Below, piece by piece: positions 39,771 to 49,810 of a stretch of 64,000 bases of DNA. Under the pieces are notes generated by a model. It was not told the DNA's origin. It saw only the letters and a program-made list of their open reading frames with translations, and ran no database searches. The stretch is from NCBI GenBank assembly GCA_949439935.1, contig CASRZA010000001.1, positions 1,391 through 65,390 on the forward strand, given 5' to 3'. How positions within the stretch are numbered: the stretch's first letter is position 1; every line of letters starts with the position of its first letter. The stretch comes from an uncultured Bacilli bacterium. Lineage in GTDB: Bacteria; Bacillota_I; Bacilli_A; RF39; UBA660. Position numbers and translations under genes: made by a program.

Positions 39771-40744
39771 ATGTTAAATCTAAGTATAACGGCATGTAGT
39801 TTTCATTTAAAGAAATCAAATTCTATAGGAAATAAAAGTATCTATGAACTAAATAAACCAATTAAATTGTTCGAAAATTCTGCTAACGAAAGACAAATCA
39901 ATAACAGCTTTGAATTATTTAAACCATGCTTTGAAAGATATAATGCTCCTACAAACGATGAAGACACTAATAAAGTATTTAAATGTACCTATAATAATGA
40001 AAAAATTGAAACTGAACAGTTTACGATATATCCAGTAGTAATAAATTCGGGAATGTATGGTAGTGCTTCAGAAATAATGAACGTTAAAACAAAAAAGATA
40101 ACGCATAAAAAAAGCATAGATGAAGTTGATTTTAGAAAGTTCTATTTATTTGTTGTTATTCCAAAAGATTCTAATAAAAAAGTTCAAAAAGGCATGCTAA
40201 TATTCCAAAATATTGGTCCCTATGGAGTTAAAACAATTATAACACAAAAGCTACAAGAGTTTTTTTCAAATAACTATAGAATTACGTTGAATTGTTATAC
40301 AATTGCGCCATCACTATTTATAAAAAAAGTTTTAAAAAAGAATCCATAAAAAAAATATCCGTAATTAAAAACTACAAATCCTCTGATGGAGCTGATAATT
40401 TTAGCTTAGGATATGGAAAAGAAATTAAGACATATGTTAATCTAAATTTTGACGAATCAAAGTGGGAAAAAATTAAAAATAGTATGTTATATGTTTCAGG
40501 AGCAAAAAATCGCTTATTTGAATTCATAGATGGCACTAAATACGATAGTGTTAAAGCAACAGTTATAATAGGTGACAGAGAAAGAATTATTTCTCTTAAC
40601 AACTTAGAAAATTTAAGTATCATTGAATCATTACCTGACGAAATTAAAGATAACAGCGGTAATGCAGATAAGGATAAATTAATTGAACATATAAAAGCAG
40701 TTATAAAAGAGTATCTAGAAGAGATGGTTTTAGAAATAGAGTAG
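39771..40744 (+). pseudogene. hypothetical gene (~335 aa) split by a frameshift in an A7 tract (~40322-40328)
   Basis: ORFs 39771..40349 and 40292..40744 overlap in frames that differ by one. A single A indel would fuse them. Confidence 0.4.
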
Positions 40745-40754
40745 GAGGTATTTA

Positions 40755-41303
40755 ATGAACATAAGTTTTGAAAATATATTAAATGTTATTTGCCTTATTG
40801 GACTAGTAATTTTAATTTTAAGTTTTACCTTAAAAATCAATAACTTTTTCGATATTAGATCAATCCTTCATAATCATTTCAAAGTATTTCAAAATAGCTA
40901 TTTACAATTAATTAGTGTTTATATAGTTCCGATTTTTTTCGCAATATGGATTACACAACAACAGCAAGTAACAAAAGATATTTTAGACGAAATAAATTTA
41001 GTAATAACAATACTTACCTCAATGTTCTTTGCCTTCATTGGCATTATAGGATCTTTGAATATGGATAAAAAAGATGGAAATTATAAAAGAGTTGCCGAAG
41101 AAACCTTTAACTCCACTCTATTCGAAATTATGTGCTGTTTAATCTTGTTGCTCATTTCTTTCTTAATAATATTCGTTAACGATTATGACAACATATGTTT
41201 TATAAAAATGATTAGCATACCAATCTATTACTTTTTTATTATTATTATTCTAAACATATTTTTAATTCTAAAAAGAATACAGGCTATATTTAAAAATTCA
41301 TAA
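40755..41303 (+). CDS. small multi-pass membrane protein
   Basis: 182 aa with four hydrophobic segments, at the right end of E1. Confidence 0.45.
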   Translation: MNISFENILNVICLIGLVILILSFTLKINNFFDIRSILHNHFKVFQNSYLQLISVYIVPIFFAIWITQQQQVTKDILDEINLVITILTSMFFAFIGIIGSLNMDKKDGNYKRVAEETFNSTLFEIMCCLILLLISFLIIFVNDYDNICFIKMISIPIYYFFIIIILNIFLILKRIQAIFKNS

Positions 41304-41315
41304 TGGTAACTAAAC

Positions 41316-41705
41316 CCACGAGGTGCGGAAGGTGCAGAAGTAATCTACGCTCTCCGCAACAACGACGTCCTGTCAGAAAAAATTCTTAACAGTATAGCCC
41401 AAGAAGGACAAAAAATCAGAAAGAATTATCAAAGGCGGCTACCAAGCAATCCCTCAAAAGACTATTACTATATCCTTAGGGAAACACCCAATACAGAAGC
41501 AGTTATAGTAGAATACGGCTTCCTCGATAATACAACAGATGCTGCAAAGCTTAAAGCAAACTATAAAAACTACGCCGAAGCTGTAGTAAGAGCTGTCATG
41601 GACTACAAAGGATTGAAATACATTCCGCCAAAAGGAAGTGGCGAATATTATACAGTTAAAGCAGGTGATACAGTTTTTATGGGGAATAATGAGTATTTAC
41701 TATAG
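41316..41705 (+). pseudogene. amidase gene, middle segment (Amidase_3 C-terminal half and start of the first LysM)
   Basis: PRGAEGAEVIYALRNN...AVIVEYGFLDNTTDAAKL...YYTVKAGDT. The frame then runs into the second insertion (VFMGNNEYLL*). Confidence 0.75.
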
Positions 41706-41774
41706 ATAGCTATATTTGGGTTAGTCTAAAATATTGCATGAAAACTAGATTTAGTATATAATAATTATCTAGAA

Positions 41775-42434
41775 ATGAGGCAAGTTATGAGAAATTATCA
41801 AAAATATATATTTGATTTAGATTATACATTATTAATTCCAGATTGGTCTAAAGAAGATGATTACTTTAGAAAAAATATACCTTTAGATGAACAAGAAGAT
41901 TTTTTTAAACAAAAACAAGCCATATTAAATAAATATGAATTAGAATTTCCAAAGTATGATTTTAAAACATTAAGTGATTTTTTTAAAAATTATGGTTTTA
42001 ATTTAAGTGAAGAGGTTATAAATGGCTGGATGGTCTATAATGGAGAAACTATAAAAGATGAAGTTGTTGATGGAGTTATAGACTTATTTAATTATTTAAA
42101 AGAGAATAATAAAGATATAGTAATTCTTACTAGTTGGTTTAGTGGAACTCAAATACCTAGGTTAAAAAGAACTGGTTTATATGATTATGTGGATCAAATT
42201 GTTGCAGGTGAAGATGCAATGAAACCAGATTTAGAATCATTTGAACTTGCAATTGGGGATACAAATAAAGAAGATTGTATTATGATAGGTGATAGTATTA
42301 AGAGTGATAAAATTGGTGCTCAAAATGCAGGAATAGATAGTTATATAGTAGATAATGAACACAGTATAAGAGATTTATTACAAATAATTATAGATAATAA
42401 GGAAAGTGAGGATTATTTTGTAAAGAAAAAATAA
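41775..42434 (+). CDS. HAD-superfamily hydrolase
   Basis: Motif I IFDLDYTLL (DxD) and motif IV GDSIKSD. 219 aa. Confidence 0.65.
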   Translation: MRQVMRNYQKYIFDLDYTLLIPDWSKEDDYFRKNIPLDEQEDFFKQKQAILNKYELEFPKYDFKTLSDFFKNYGFNLSEEVINGWMVYNGETIKDEVVDGVIDLFNYLKENNKDIVILTSWFSGTQIPRLKRTGLYDYVDQIVAGEDAMKPDLESFELAIGDTNKEDCIMIGDSIKSDKIGAQNAGIDSYIVDNEHSIRDLLQIIIDNKESEDYFVKKK

Positions 42435-42766
42435 TTAGTTTCAAAAAACTTTTAAAAATAGATTATTAAAAATTAATCATCCTATAAAATCTAACGGAAA
42501 TTAGATATTAGGATGTTTTTTAGTGCTTAAAATTATTGTTATTATTAGGATTATCCCATATATCATCCTACAAAGTAGGATGAATTTCGTAAGTACGAAA
42601 TAAGAATGGTGCATATGTGAATCCTTATTTTATAAAGGAAAGTAAGTGTCTTTGCACCATCTTCTTATCCTGCTATTTCATAATTTGATTAATCATCAAT
42701 GCATTTAGGATGATAGACAAAACTTTCTATACTATATGACTTGACTCTTCTTTTTTGTGGAGGTAA

Positions 42767-42892
42767 CATGCATCATGCAAAGGAGATGATGCGTATGAGA
42801 AGATTTAATTTATATTTAACAGAGGAGTTATTTGAACGGATTAAATTACTTGCAAAATTTTATAATATTTCCATAACTAAATTAATGGTATA
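42767..42892 (+). CDS. small RHH-like putative DNA-binding protein (41 aa)
   Basis: Strong RBS GGAGG 5 nt upstream of the ATG. Sequence RRFNLYLTEELFERIKLLAKFYNISITKLM is consistent with a ribbon-helix-helix fold. Too short for the supplied ORF track. Confidence 0.35.
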
Positions 42893-43092
42893 ACTACTAG
42901 AAATCGGATATATAGACATGATAGATACAAGAAAGAATAAATAAATTTATAAAAATGAAAAGGTTAGGTGATGAATATGAGTATAATGTTTTTTAAATTA
43001 ATGGAGGTTTATGATAGTAAGTAATATTGTTAGGTATGTTACAGGCATAATAAATAATATTACTAAAACAAAAATTAAAGCCATAGAATTTA

Positions 43093-43290
43093 TTGGAGGT
43101 ATTAAACTCTATGGTTAAATACAAAGTTAATTTAAAGTTTAAAGAAAGTGGAAAATCTTTAAATGAAACAATAACTGAAGTATTAAAAATAGAACTAAAT
43201 AAAAAAATAAATGAGACTTGTAATATTTTTAAAAAGGAGCTAACATTAGAGTCTACTCATTATTCCCAAAGTGAAGGGAGTAGTAATTAA
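43093..43290 (+). CDS. small protein translationally coupled to the recombinase (TAATG overlap)
   Basis: 65-aa ORF with an RBS. Its stop overlaps the recombinase start. It could be a recombination directionality factor or a regulator. Confidence 0.35.
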   Translation: MEVLNSMVKYKVNLKFKESGKSLNETITEVLKIELNKKINETCNIFKKELTLESTHYSQSEGSSN

Positions 43291-44855
43291 TGCTTGAGAA
43301 TAGTAGTTTTAAAGTTGGAATATATATAAGATTATCTAGAGATGATGGAAACATTGAATCTGATAGTATTGTTAGTCAAAGAAGTTTACTTAATCAATAT
43401 ATCAAAGAGAATAATTATAATTTAATAGATGAGTATGTTGATGATGGTTTTACTGGAACAAATTTTGAAAGACCATCATTTAAGAGAATGATTAAAGATA
43501 TTGAATCTGGAAGAATTAATATGATTATTACTAAAGATATGTCTAGATTAGGTAGGGATTATATAGGTACTGGAGAACTAATAGAAAAGTATTTTCCAAA
43601 TAATAATGTAAGATATATTGCTATCAATGATGGTATTGATACATTTATAGATAACACTAATAATGATATAGCACCATTTAAAGCAATAATGAATGATATG
43701 TATGCTAAAGATATTTCTAAAAAAGTTAAAACAAGTTTGCATTCTAGAATGAAAGAAGGATTATATGTATCTGGTAGATGCCCTTTTGGATATATGAAAG
43801 ATCCTGTTAATAGAAATCATTTAATAATAAATGAAGAACAAGCAGAGACAGTTAGATTAATATTTGATTTAGCATTAAAAGGTAATACTTACCACTATAT
43901 AGCACAGGAATTAACTAAAAGAAAAATTAAAACACCAGCATCTTATTACAATTATGTTTGGAATACTAAGTGCATAAATACCAACTGTATATCACAAGAA
44001 TATGGTATATGGGTAGATACCACAATAAAATCAATTTTAACTAATAAAATATATGTGGGAGATACAGTACAGGGTAAGACTAAAAAGATTAATTATAAAC
44101 TTAAAAAGACAGTTAAAAATAATCCAAATGATTATATAGTTGTTGAAAATACACATGAAGCAATAATAAATAGGGATACATTTAATTATGTACAAACTTT
44201 ATTACCTAAAAACGTTAAAAGACCAGAGAAGAAAAGATTTTACCTACTAGATGGACTTTTATATTGTGGAGATTGCAAACATCGTATAACAATTAGGTAT
44301 CAAACTAAAACTGGAAGAAGTTATACAACCTGTGATTATTATAGAACTTACTCAAAATATCATGTTTGCACAACTCATACAAACAATTATGAAACACTAG
44401 AAAAAGTTATTTTAGATAATATTAGAGATGTATGTAAAAGTTATTTAGATAAGAATAAAATAAAAAATTCCATAGGTGATATAAAGTTTGAAGACAACAC
44501 TTTAAAGATTAAAAAGCAAATTGAAAGTCTAGAACTTATTAATAATAAATTAACAGAGAATTTAGATAAAACTTATATGAATATGTTAAAAGGTATTATT
44601 GATGAACAACAATACATAAGGGTTAGTGAAAATCTAAAAAAAGAAATAGAAAATAATAAATCAAGTATTGATAATCTTAAAAATGAAAATAATGAATCTA
44701 ATAAAATAGACAAAAAACAAATAGAAAAATATATAAATGAATTTTTATCACTTGAAAATCCAACTAGGGAATTAATAATAAATTTAGTTGAAAAAATCTA
44801 TATCTATCAAGATAAGCAGATAGATATTATATTTACATTTAAAAATGTTACATAA
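43290..44855 (+). CDS. large serine recombinase
   Basis: VGIYIRLSRDDGNIESDS...TKDMSRLGRD catalytic domain. C-terminal Cys cluster (CGDCKHR...CDYYRTYSKYHVC). 521 aa in total. Confidence 0.9.
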   Translation: MLENSSFKVGIYIRLSRDDGNIESDSIVSQRSLLNQYIKENNYNLIDEYVDDGFTGTNFERPSFKRMIKDIESGRINMIITKDMSRLGRDYIGTGELIEKYFPNNNVRYIAINDGIDTFIDNTNNDIAPFKAIMNDMYAKDISKKVKTSLHSRMKEGLYVSGRCPFGYMKDPVNRNHLIINEEQAETVRLIFDLALKGNTYHYIAQELTKRKIKTPASYYNYVWNTKCINTNCISQEYGIWVDTTIKSILTNKIYVGDTVQGKTKKINYKLKKTVKNNPNDYIVVENTHEAIINRDTFNYVQTLLPKNVKRPEKKRFYLLDGLLYCGDCKHRITIRYQTKTGRSYTTCDYYRTYSKYHVCTTHTNNYETLEKVILDNIRDVCKSYLDKNKIKNSIGDIKFEDNTLKIKKQIESLELINNKLTENLDKTYMNMLKGIIDEQQYIRVSENLKKEIENNKSSIDNLKNENNESNKIDKKQIEKYINEFLSLENPTRELIINLVEKIYIYQDKQIDIIFTFKNVT

Positions 44856-44863
44856 AAAATGTA

Positions 44864-45487
44864 TCTGGTGATACTCTCTGGACGATCGCCAAAAACCACG
44901 GATTATCAGTTGACGAACTTAAAGCTCTTAACAATCTTACAAACAACGCCTTAACTATAGGTCAAACTTTAAAAGTTTCTTCTACACCATCGACGACTAC
45001 CCCGACTGTTCCAGAAGGAAACTATTACACAGTACAAAAAGGTGACTCACTGTACTCAATTGCGAGCAAATATAATACTACAGTAGATGAACTTAAAAAA
45101 CTTAACAAATTAACTACTAATAATCTTTCTATAGGTCAAAAACTTCTAATAAGTTCAACTTCAGCGCCTATACAACCACCGATTTCTTCAGGTACAACTT
45201 ATACGATAAAGCCAGGAGACACTCTTTATAATATCGCAAATAAATATGGTGTCACTGTCGATTCTATAAAACAAGCTAACGATCTTTCAAACAATACACT
45301 GACGATAGGCAAGACACTTATTATCCCAACGAATTCTCAACCTACTTCTAAGACCTACACAGTCCAAAAAGGAGACACCTTATATGGAATCGCAAGTAAG
45401 AATAGTACAACTGTGGAAAACATAAAAGTTTTAAACAATCTAATTTCAAATAACCTATCGATAGGTCAAAAACTTCTCATACCATAA
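44864..45487 (+). pseudogene. amidase gene, 3' segment: rest of the first LysM plus three more LysM repeats
   Basis: SGDTLWTIAKNHGLSVDELKALNNL... followed by three further YTV(Q/K)KGD(S/T)LY-type LysM repeats. It is in frame with the middle segment once E2 is removed. Confidence 0.75.
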
Positions 45488-45761
45488 GCAGATTAATCTC
45501 TGCTTTTTTAAATATTATTTTATGAAACAACTCATTTTACTATAATAAGCATACCACAACAAAAATCGTATTTTTTGCCAAATTGTGATTCAAAAATTCA
45601 ATTATTGTTTAAAAATGAAAAAAGTTTCGATAAAATGCAAGAAAAAATGAGAAAAATGAAAGTTTTCCGGAATAATAATAGTAGAGGGGCATAACGATCC
45701 TTCTATCAAAAAAAGAGATAAAAGTGGGTAAAAAAATAAAAATGAAAGGAGGACAAAATTT

Positions 45762-46046
45762 ATGCTTACAGATTTAGAAATCAAAAAAAGAGTTGACATA
45801 TTTTTTTCTAAAGACAAATATGCAGAATCATTCTTGCGAACATTCATCGCCGAACAGATTGAAAATACATCTAAAGAAAATTTAGAGATCTTAGAATTTA
45901 CGAGAATAGTGAACGAAAAAGAAGCAGAGCTTTCAAGAGATTATTTAAATGCTAAAACGACGAGATTTCAAGTCAATCTAAATCTCAAACCTAATAGTAA
46001 AGATTTAACATACGATTTTTTAGTAGCTTACAAAATTAACAACTAA
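45762..46046 (+). CDS. hypothetical protein
   Basis: 94-aa ORF preceded by an AAAGGAGG RBS. Confidence 0.4.
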   Translation: MLTDLEIKKRVDIFFSKDKYAESFLRTFIAEQIENTSKENLEILEFTRIVNEKEAELSRDYLNAKTTRFQVNLNLKPNSKDLTYDFLVAYKINN

Positions 46047-46487
46047 ACTTCGAATAAGCGATTAGAAAAATGAACTTTTCATTTCAAATTTAATCGCTTT
46101 TTTTATTTCAAACGAAATTAACTCTTAAAACCTTTTAAATTTTTTAACCTTCACCCCGAATCCTATATATAATAAATAATTCGAATAAAAAATCTAATAC
46201 AATTGCCATTTTCTGCCAAAGTTGATATACTGTATCTAGAGCAGAGTTCATAACTTTTAGGTACACTTGGTATATAAAAAAAGGACTGCTAACGGTCCGA
46301 ACACATACGCGAGCATTTAGGGTAAAACCTTTATTTTAACTCTCTATGTCATCTTAAATGGTATTAAAACAATGAACTTAATTCAAACAAAAGCTATAGA
46401 AGGTGTTAAAGAAACATATAAAGATGTTTTGAATTCTGCTTATATTGAAACTTCTAGCGGAATATATACTTATACGTAATCAATGCG

Positions 46488-46784
46488 TTGCAAAAATATG
46501 CAGAAAAAGGAATAACAACAGTTCATTATGAAAGTGGCGAAACTTTTTCTATAGAATCAGTGCCACGAAGAGATATAGTTGCAGGAGTTAACAAGTTGAA
46601 TGCAGACATTATAATTGAGCAATGTAAAGCCTTAGTTACTAACCTTGTTTATGTAGATCAACACCTTGGGGCTAGAACCAGAAATGAATATATGAAACAC
46701 AATTATGAAGCCCACGCCGATTGGCAAGGTAAAGTTCACATGATAGAAGGCTCTAACGAAAGATTTCCTAACCTACGAAGCTAA
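46488..46784 (+). CDS. hypothetical protein (TTG start), possibly a gene remnant
   Basis: 98-aa ORF. A 35-aa ORF (46374-46478) immediately upstream ends one frame away, which suggests a disrupted gene. Confidence 0.3.
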   Translation: MQKYAEKGITTVHYESGETFSIESVPRRDIVAGVNKLNADIIIEQCKALVTNLVYVDQHLGARTRNEYMKHNYEAHADWQGKVHMIEGSNERFPNLRS

Positions 46785-48229
46785 AAGATTAGGAAAGATG
46801 TTAGAATTATATGGGATGAATTTCTACCATATGAGACCTACTTTGGAATAGGAGAAAATAGATGATTCCATAGATAAAGTAGAAAATGATAAAGTTTATA
46901 AATTGTTTCAAACCCAAAGAGCATATGAGAGAAAAATTCGTAAACTTAAACGAGAAAAAGAAATTGCAAAGGCATTATACGGTATTGAAACATTAAATTC
47001 TATAAAGAATAAACACAAAGACTTGAATACTGAATTCGACAATTGGTTCAATAATAATAATTTAACTAGAGATTATAATAGAGAATACATCGAAAAAAGA
47101 AAAAAGTAAACTCCTTCATATACTGACGTTACTCAAGAATGGAAAAATACTGTCACTCTTAACAGTCGCAAAATTAAAGATCGTAATTACTTTGTACAAG
47201 AAAAAGTTAAATGTGAAGTTGGTAGTAAGAATGTCGTATTAGATTATTTGCCACATGAAAAGTAGAGCGCTGAATGGCTAGAAAACACTTTTAGTGGAGA
47301 AATATATATGATTCCAAAAATAAATGAATCTAGTGGTATATAAACCTAAGATTATATTTTTAAAAGCAATAATTGGGACTTAAAAAACTATTAAGGGGAC
47401 TAGTCAGCAGGCATTATTTCATGCAAGAAGAAAGAAACAACAGTAAAGTAGCAATTTTATTTTTGAAATAGTTAATATAAAGGTTTATCTCTGAATGATG
47501 TTAAAAAACAAATAGAGGCGTTATACAAAAGAACTGATATACCGTTTCTCAATGAAATTATTATAAAAGATGGCGACAACTTCAAAGTATTTAAGAGAAA
47601 ATAAAAAAAGAATGTGACCGCACCGTAAAGTCAGCACGACCACATTCATTACATATAATATACACTATTTTGATAATTATGGTAAATTAAAAAAGAGCGC
47701 CCGCGTTCCATGTAGGAACTTGAGTACTCAAATGTAATTACAATAACATTTTATAATATTTTACGCATAAAGTCAAATTTCGTGCGTTTTTTTCTAGTAA
47801 TAGCACAATTTGGTAGTGCACACGGTTTGGGACTGTGAGGATAAGGCTTCAAATTCCTTTTACTAGACCATTAATGCCTGATAAGGTACCAACTTGATAG
47901 AAGTAGCGAGCTTTTCGTGTAGTATAGCAACGATAAGACTAGCAATATCTAAAAATCTAGGAGGACACGACCTCTGTAAGAAGTGGAAGTAGAAAGAGAT
48001 ATGAAAGAATTTTTAGAAAACGTGGAAATTGGAAAAGGAAAGATAGAACAAAATGTTAGTAAAAGATCATAATTTTTAGTATATATAAATAATACAAAAT
48101 TAACAAAACTAAAAACTCTCGAACCATAAAAAAGACAATAATGACCATAGAGTTTTACTATAAAAATCCCTTCCAATATACAAAAAACGAATCCTTTTCC
48201 TATTTACACAAAAAAGTTATCATGTTATA

Positions 48230-48976
48230 ATGATATCGGTGATAAAAATGGCAAGTGATACTAAAAAAAAGAAAAAAGACGAAAAGAATACTAAAACAAA
48301 AACGACTGCTACTAAGAATAAAAAGAGTGCTACAAATACAAAAAATAATACAAAAGCTGCAGCTAAGAAGACTACTACCAAAGCTACTAAAACCACAAAA
48401 ACTGACGCTACTAAATCTCAAAAAACAGTTACAGCTAAAAAAACTACAACCCCTGAGAAAAAAGTAACTGCACCTAAAACGACGACTACATCGAAGACTA
48501 CTACGACAAAAAAAGGTACAAAACCAAAAACGACAACTACTACAAAAAAGAAAACTAATACATCAACTGCTGACGAAACCATCAAAAAGACACCGCTAGA
48601 AATAGTCGAAGAACTACGCGTCGAAGAAGAAGCTGTTCAAGAAGATAAATACTTAGAAATTAAAAGCGTTCCAGATATAAATACGACATCTAAATCCATC
48701 TTAGGAAACGACCTACCAAGTGGCCAAACAGACTTAGCAAGAACTCAACGCCAAAAATACTACATGAAAGATGCACTACTTTTCGCAGTCGTTATACCGA
48801 TTTTAGACCTTTTAGCGATGCTATTTATAGACGCATACCAACCTCTACTCGCAACTGATGACATGATGATCAACTACATAATAACGTTGCTAATAGACTT
48901 TACCTTGATATTTGTATTGACATATCTTATCGACTACATCTTCGGAGAGGATTCAGCTAAAAAAAATCGCAAATAA
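48230..48976 (+). CDS. Lys/Thr-rich low-complexity protein with C-terminal TM segments
   Basis: The N-terminal ~120 aa is KKTTTKATKTTKT-type repeats, like a histone-H1-like basic tail. The C-terminus has two hydrophobic helices. Confidence 0.5.
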   Translation: MISVIKMASDTKKKKKDEKNTKTKTTATKNKKSATNTKNNTKAAAKKTTTKATKTTKTDATKSQKTVTAKKTTTPEKKVTAPKTTTTSKTTTTKKGTKPKTTTTTKKKTNTSTADETIKKTPLEIVEELRVEEEAVQEDKYLEIKSVPDINTTSKSILGNDLPSGQTDLARTQRQKYYMKDALLFAVVIPILDLLAMLFIDAYQPLLATDDMMINYIITLLIDFTLIFVLTYLIDYIFGEDSAKKNRK

Positions 48977-49015
48977 TTTTTTAAAAAGTACACATACTAC
49001 TGATAAGGTGAGCTT

Positions 49016-49753
49016 ATGAAAAAAACAATTAAAATTTTGAGAAGTACTATAGCTTCTCTTTTATTTTTGATCCTAATCGTTACAGTAATCGTCCAATTTA
49101 CTTTTACATCTATCCACAAAGATCACATCAGAATCCCAGATAGAATTTCGCGAGAAAAAATATTAAACGAAATACTAAAAGACAACACTTTAAAAGATGA
49201 AACAAAAAAAATCGCCATAGAATATATAGACAATTATATTAACTACATATTCTATAAAAGAAGCTATCCAAGCATCCAAACCATAGATTTCGAGAACCTT
49301 CCAGAAGAACAAATTAATGAAGCCAAAAACACTATTTCCAAAATAAACAAAGAAATAGAACTAGATTATGAATTGATAATAAAAATGAGAGAAGTTAACA
49401 ATACGATATCAAACGGCTCCATATACCTCATGCTTAACATAGCCATCTTAGTAATTTTGCTATTGATCATGATAGTGACATTCGAGCCTATCAAAACTCT
49501 AATATTCTTCGGAATAGGCATTATTATAGGAACTCTCCTGTCCCTAATAGGAAGCATAATCCTCGCAAGTAACATCCAAACTCTAGTACCTCAGGCACTT
49601 CATATAATTCTAGATTCGATCATATCCAAAAGATTCTTAAGTAGTATCCATGCCCAATCGCTAATATACATAATTATAGGAATGATAATATTCCTCTGCT
49701 CCTATATTTACTCGAAAAGACACATATTTCACAAACAAAATTCGATAAAATAA
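49016..49753 (+). CDS. membrane protein
   Basis: N-terminal TM segment and three C-terminal TM segments. Confidence 0.5.
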   Translation: MKKTIKILRSTIASLLFLILIVTVIVQFTFTSIHKDHIRIPDRISREKILNEILKDNTLKDETKKIAIEYIDNYINYIFYKRSYPSIQTIDFENLPEEQINEAKNTISKINKEIELDYELIIKMREVNNTISNGSIYLMLNIAILVILLLIMIVTFEPIKTLIFFGIGIIIGTLLSLIGSIILASNIQTLVPQALHIILDSIISKRFLSSIHAQSLIYIIIGMIIFLCSYIYSKRHIFHKQNSIK

Positions 49754-49810
49754 ACTTTTTTATACTAAAACGCCACTAATAAAATATAATTATTTAGAAA
49801 GGGAGTTTTT

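Larger units (their letters stand above)
27870..41319. mobile_element. ~13.4-kb integrated element (E1) in the amidase gene; carries a large serine recombinase and defense cargo
   Basis: The amidase ORF resumes precisely at the far junction. Both junctions share the core GAGGTGCGGA (27860-27869 and 41320-41329). Inverted sub-terminal repeats sit next to the cores (GTTCAGTTACCATT and AATGGTAACTAAAC). A large serine recombinase gene lies inside. Confidence 0.7.
41672..44866. mobile_element. ~3.2-kb integrated element (E2) in the LysM region of the amidase gene; carries a large serine recombinase
   Basis: The LysM reading frame resumes at 44864. Both junctions share the core GGTGATAC (41664-41671 and 44867-44874). 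The recombinase stop codon is 11 nt from the right junction. Confidence 0.65.

Noticed and set aside
48255-48467. 70-aa ORF (KKRKKTKRILKQKRLL…) overlapping the Lys/Thr-repeat gene in another frame
   Set aside because: It is an alternate-frame artefact of the AAA/ACN-rich repeat DNA. The same-strand 248-aa ORF is the coherent gene.
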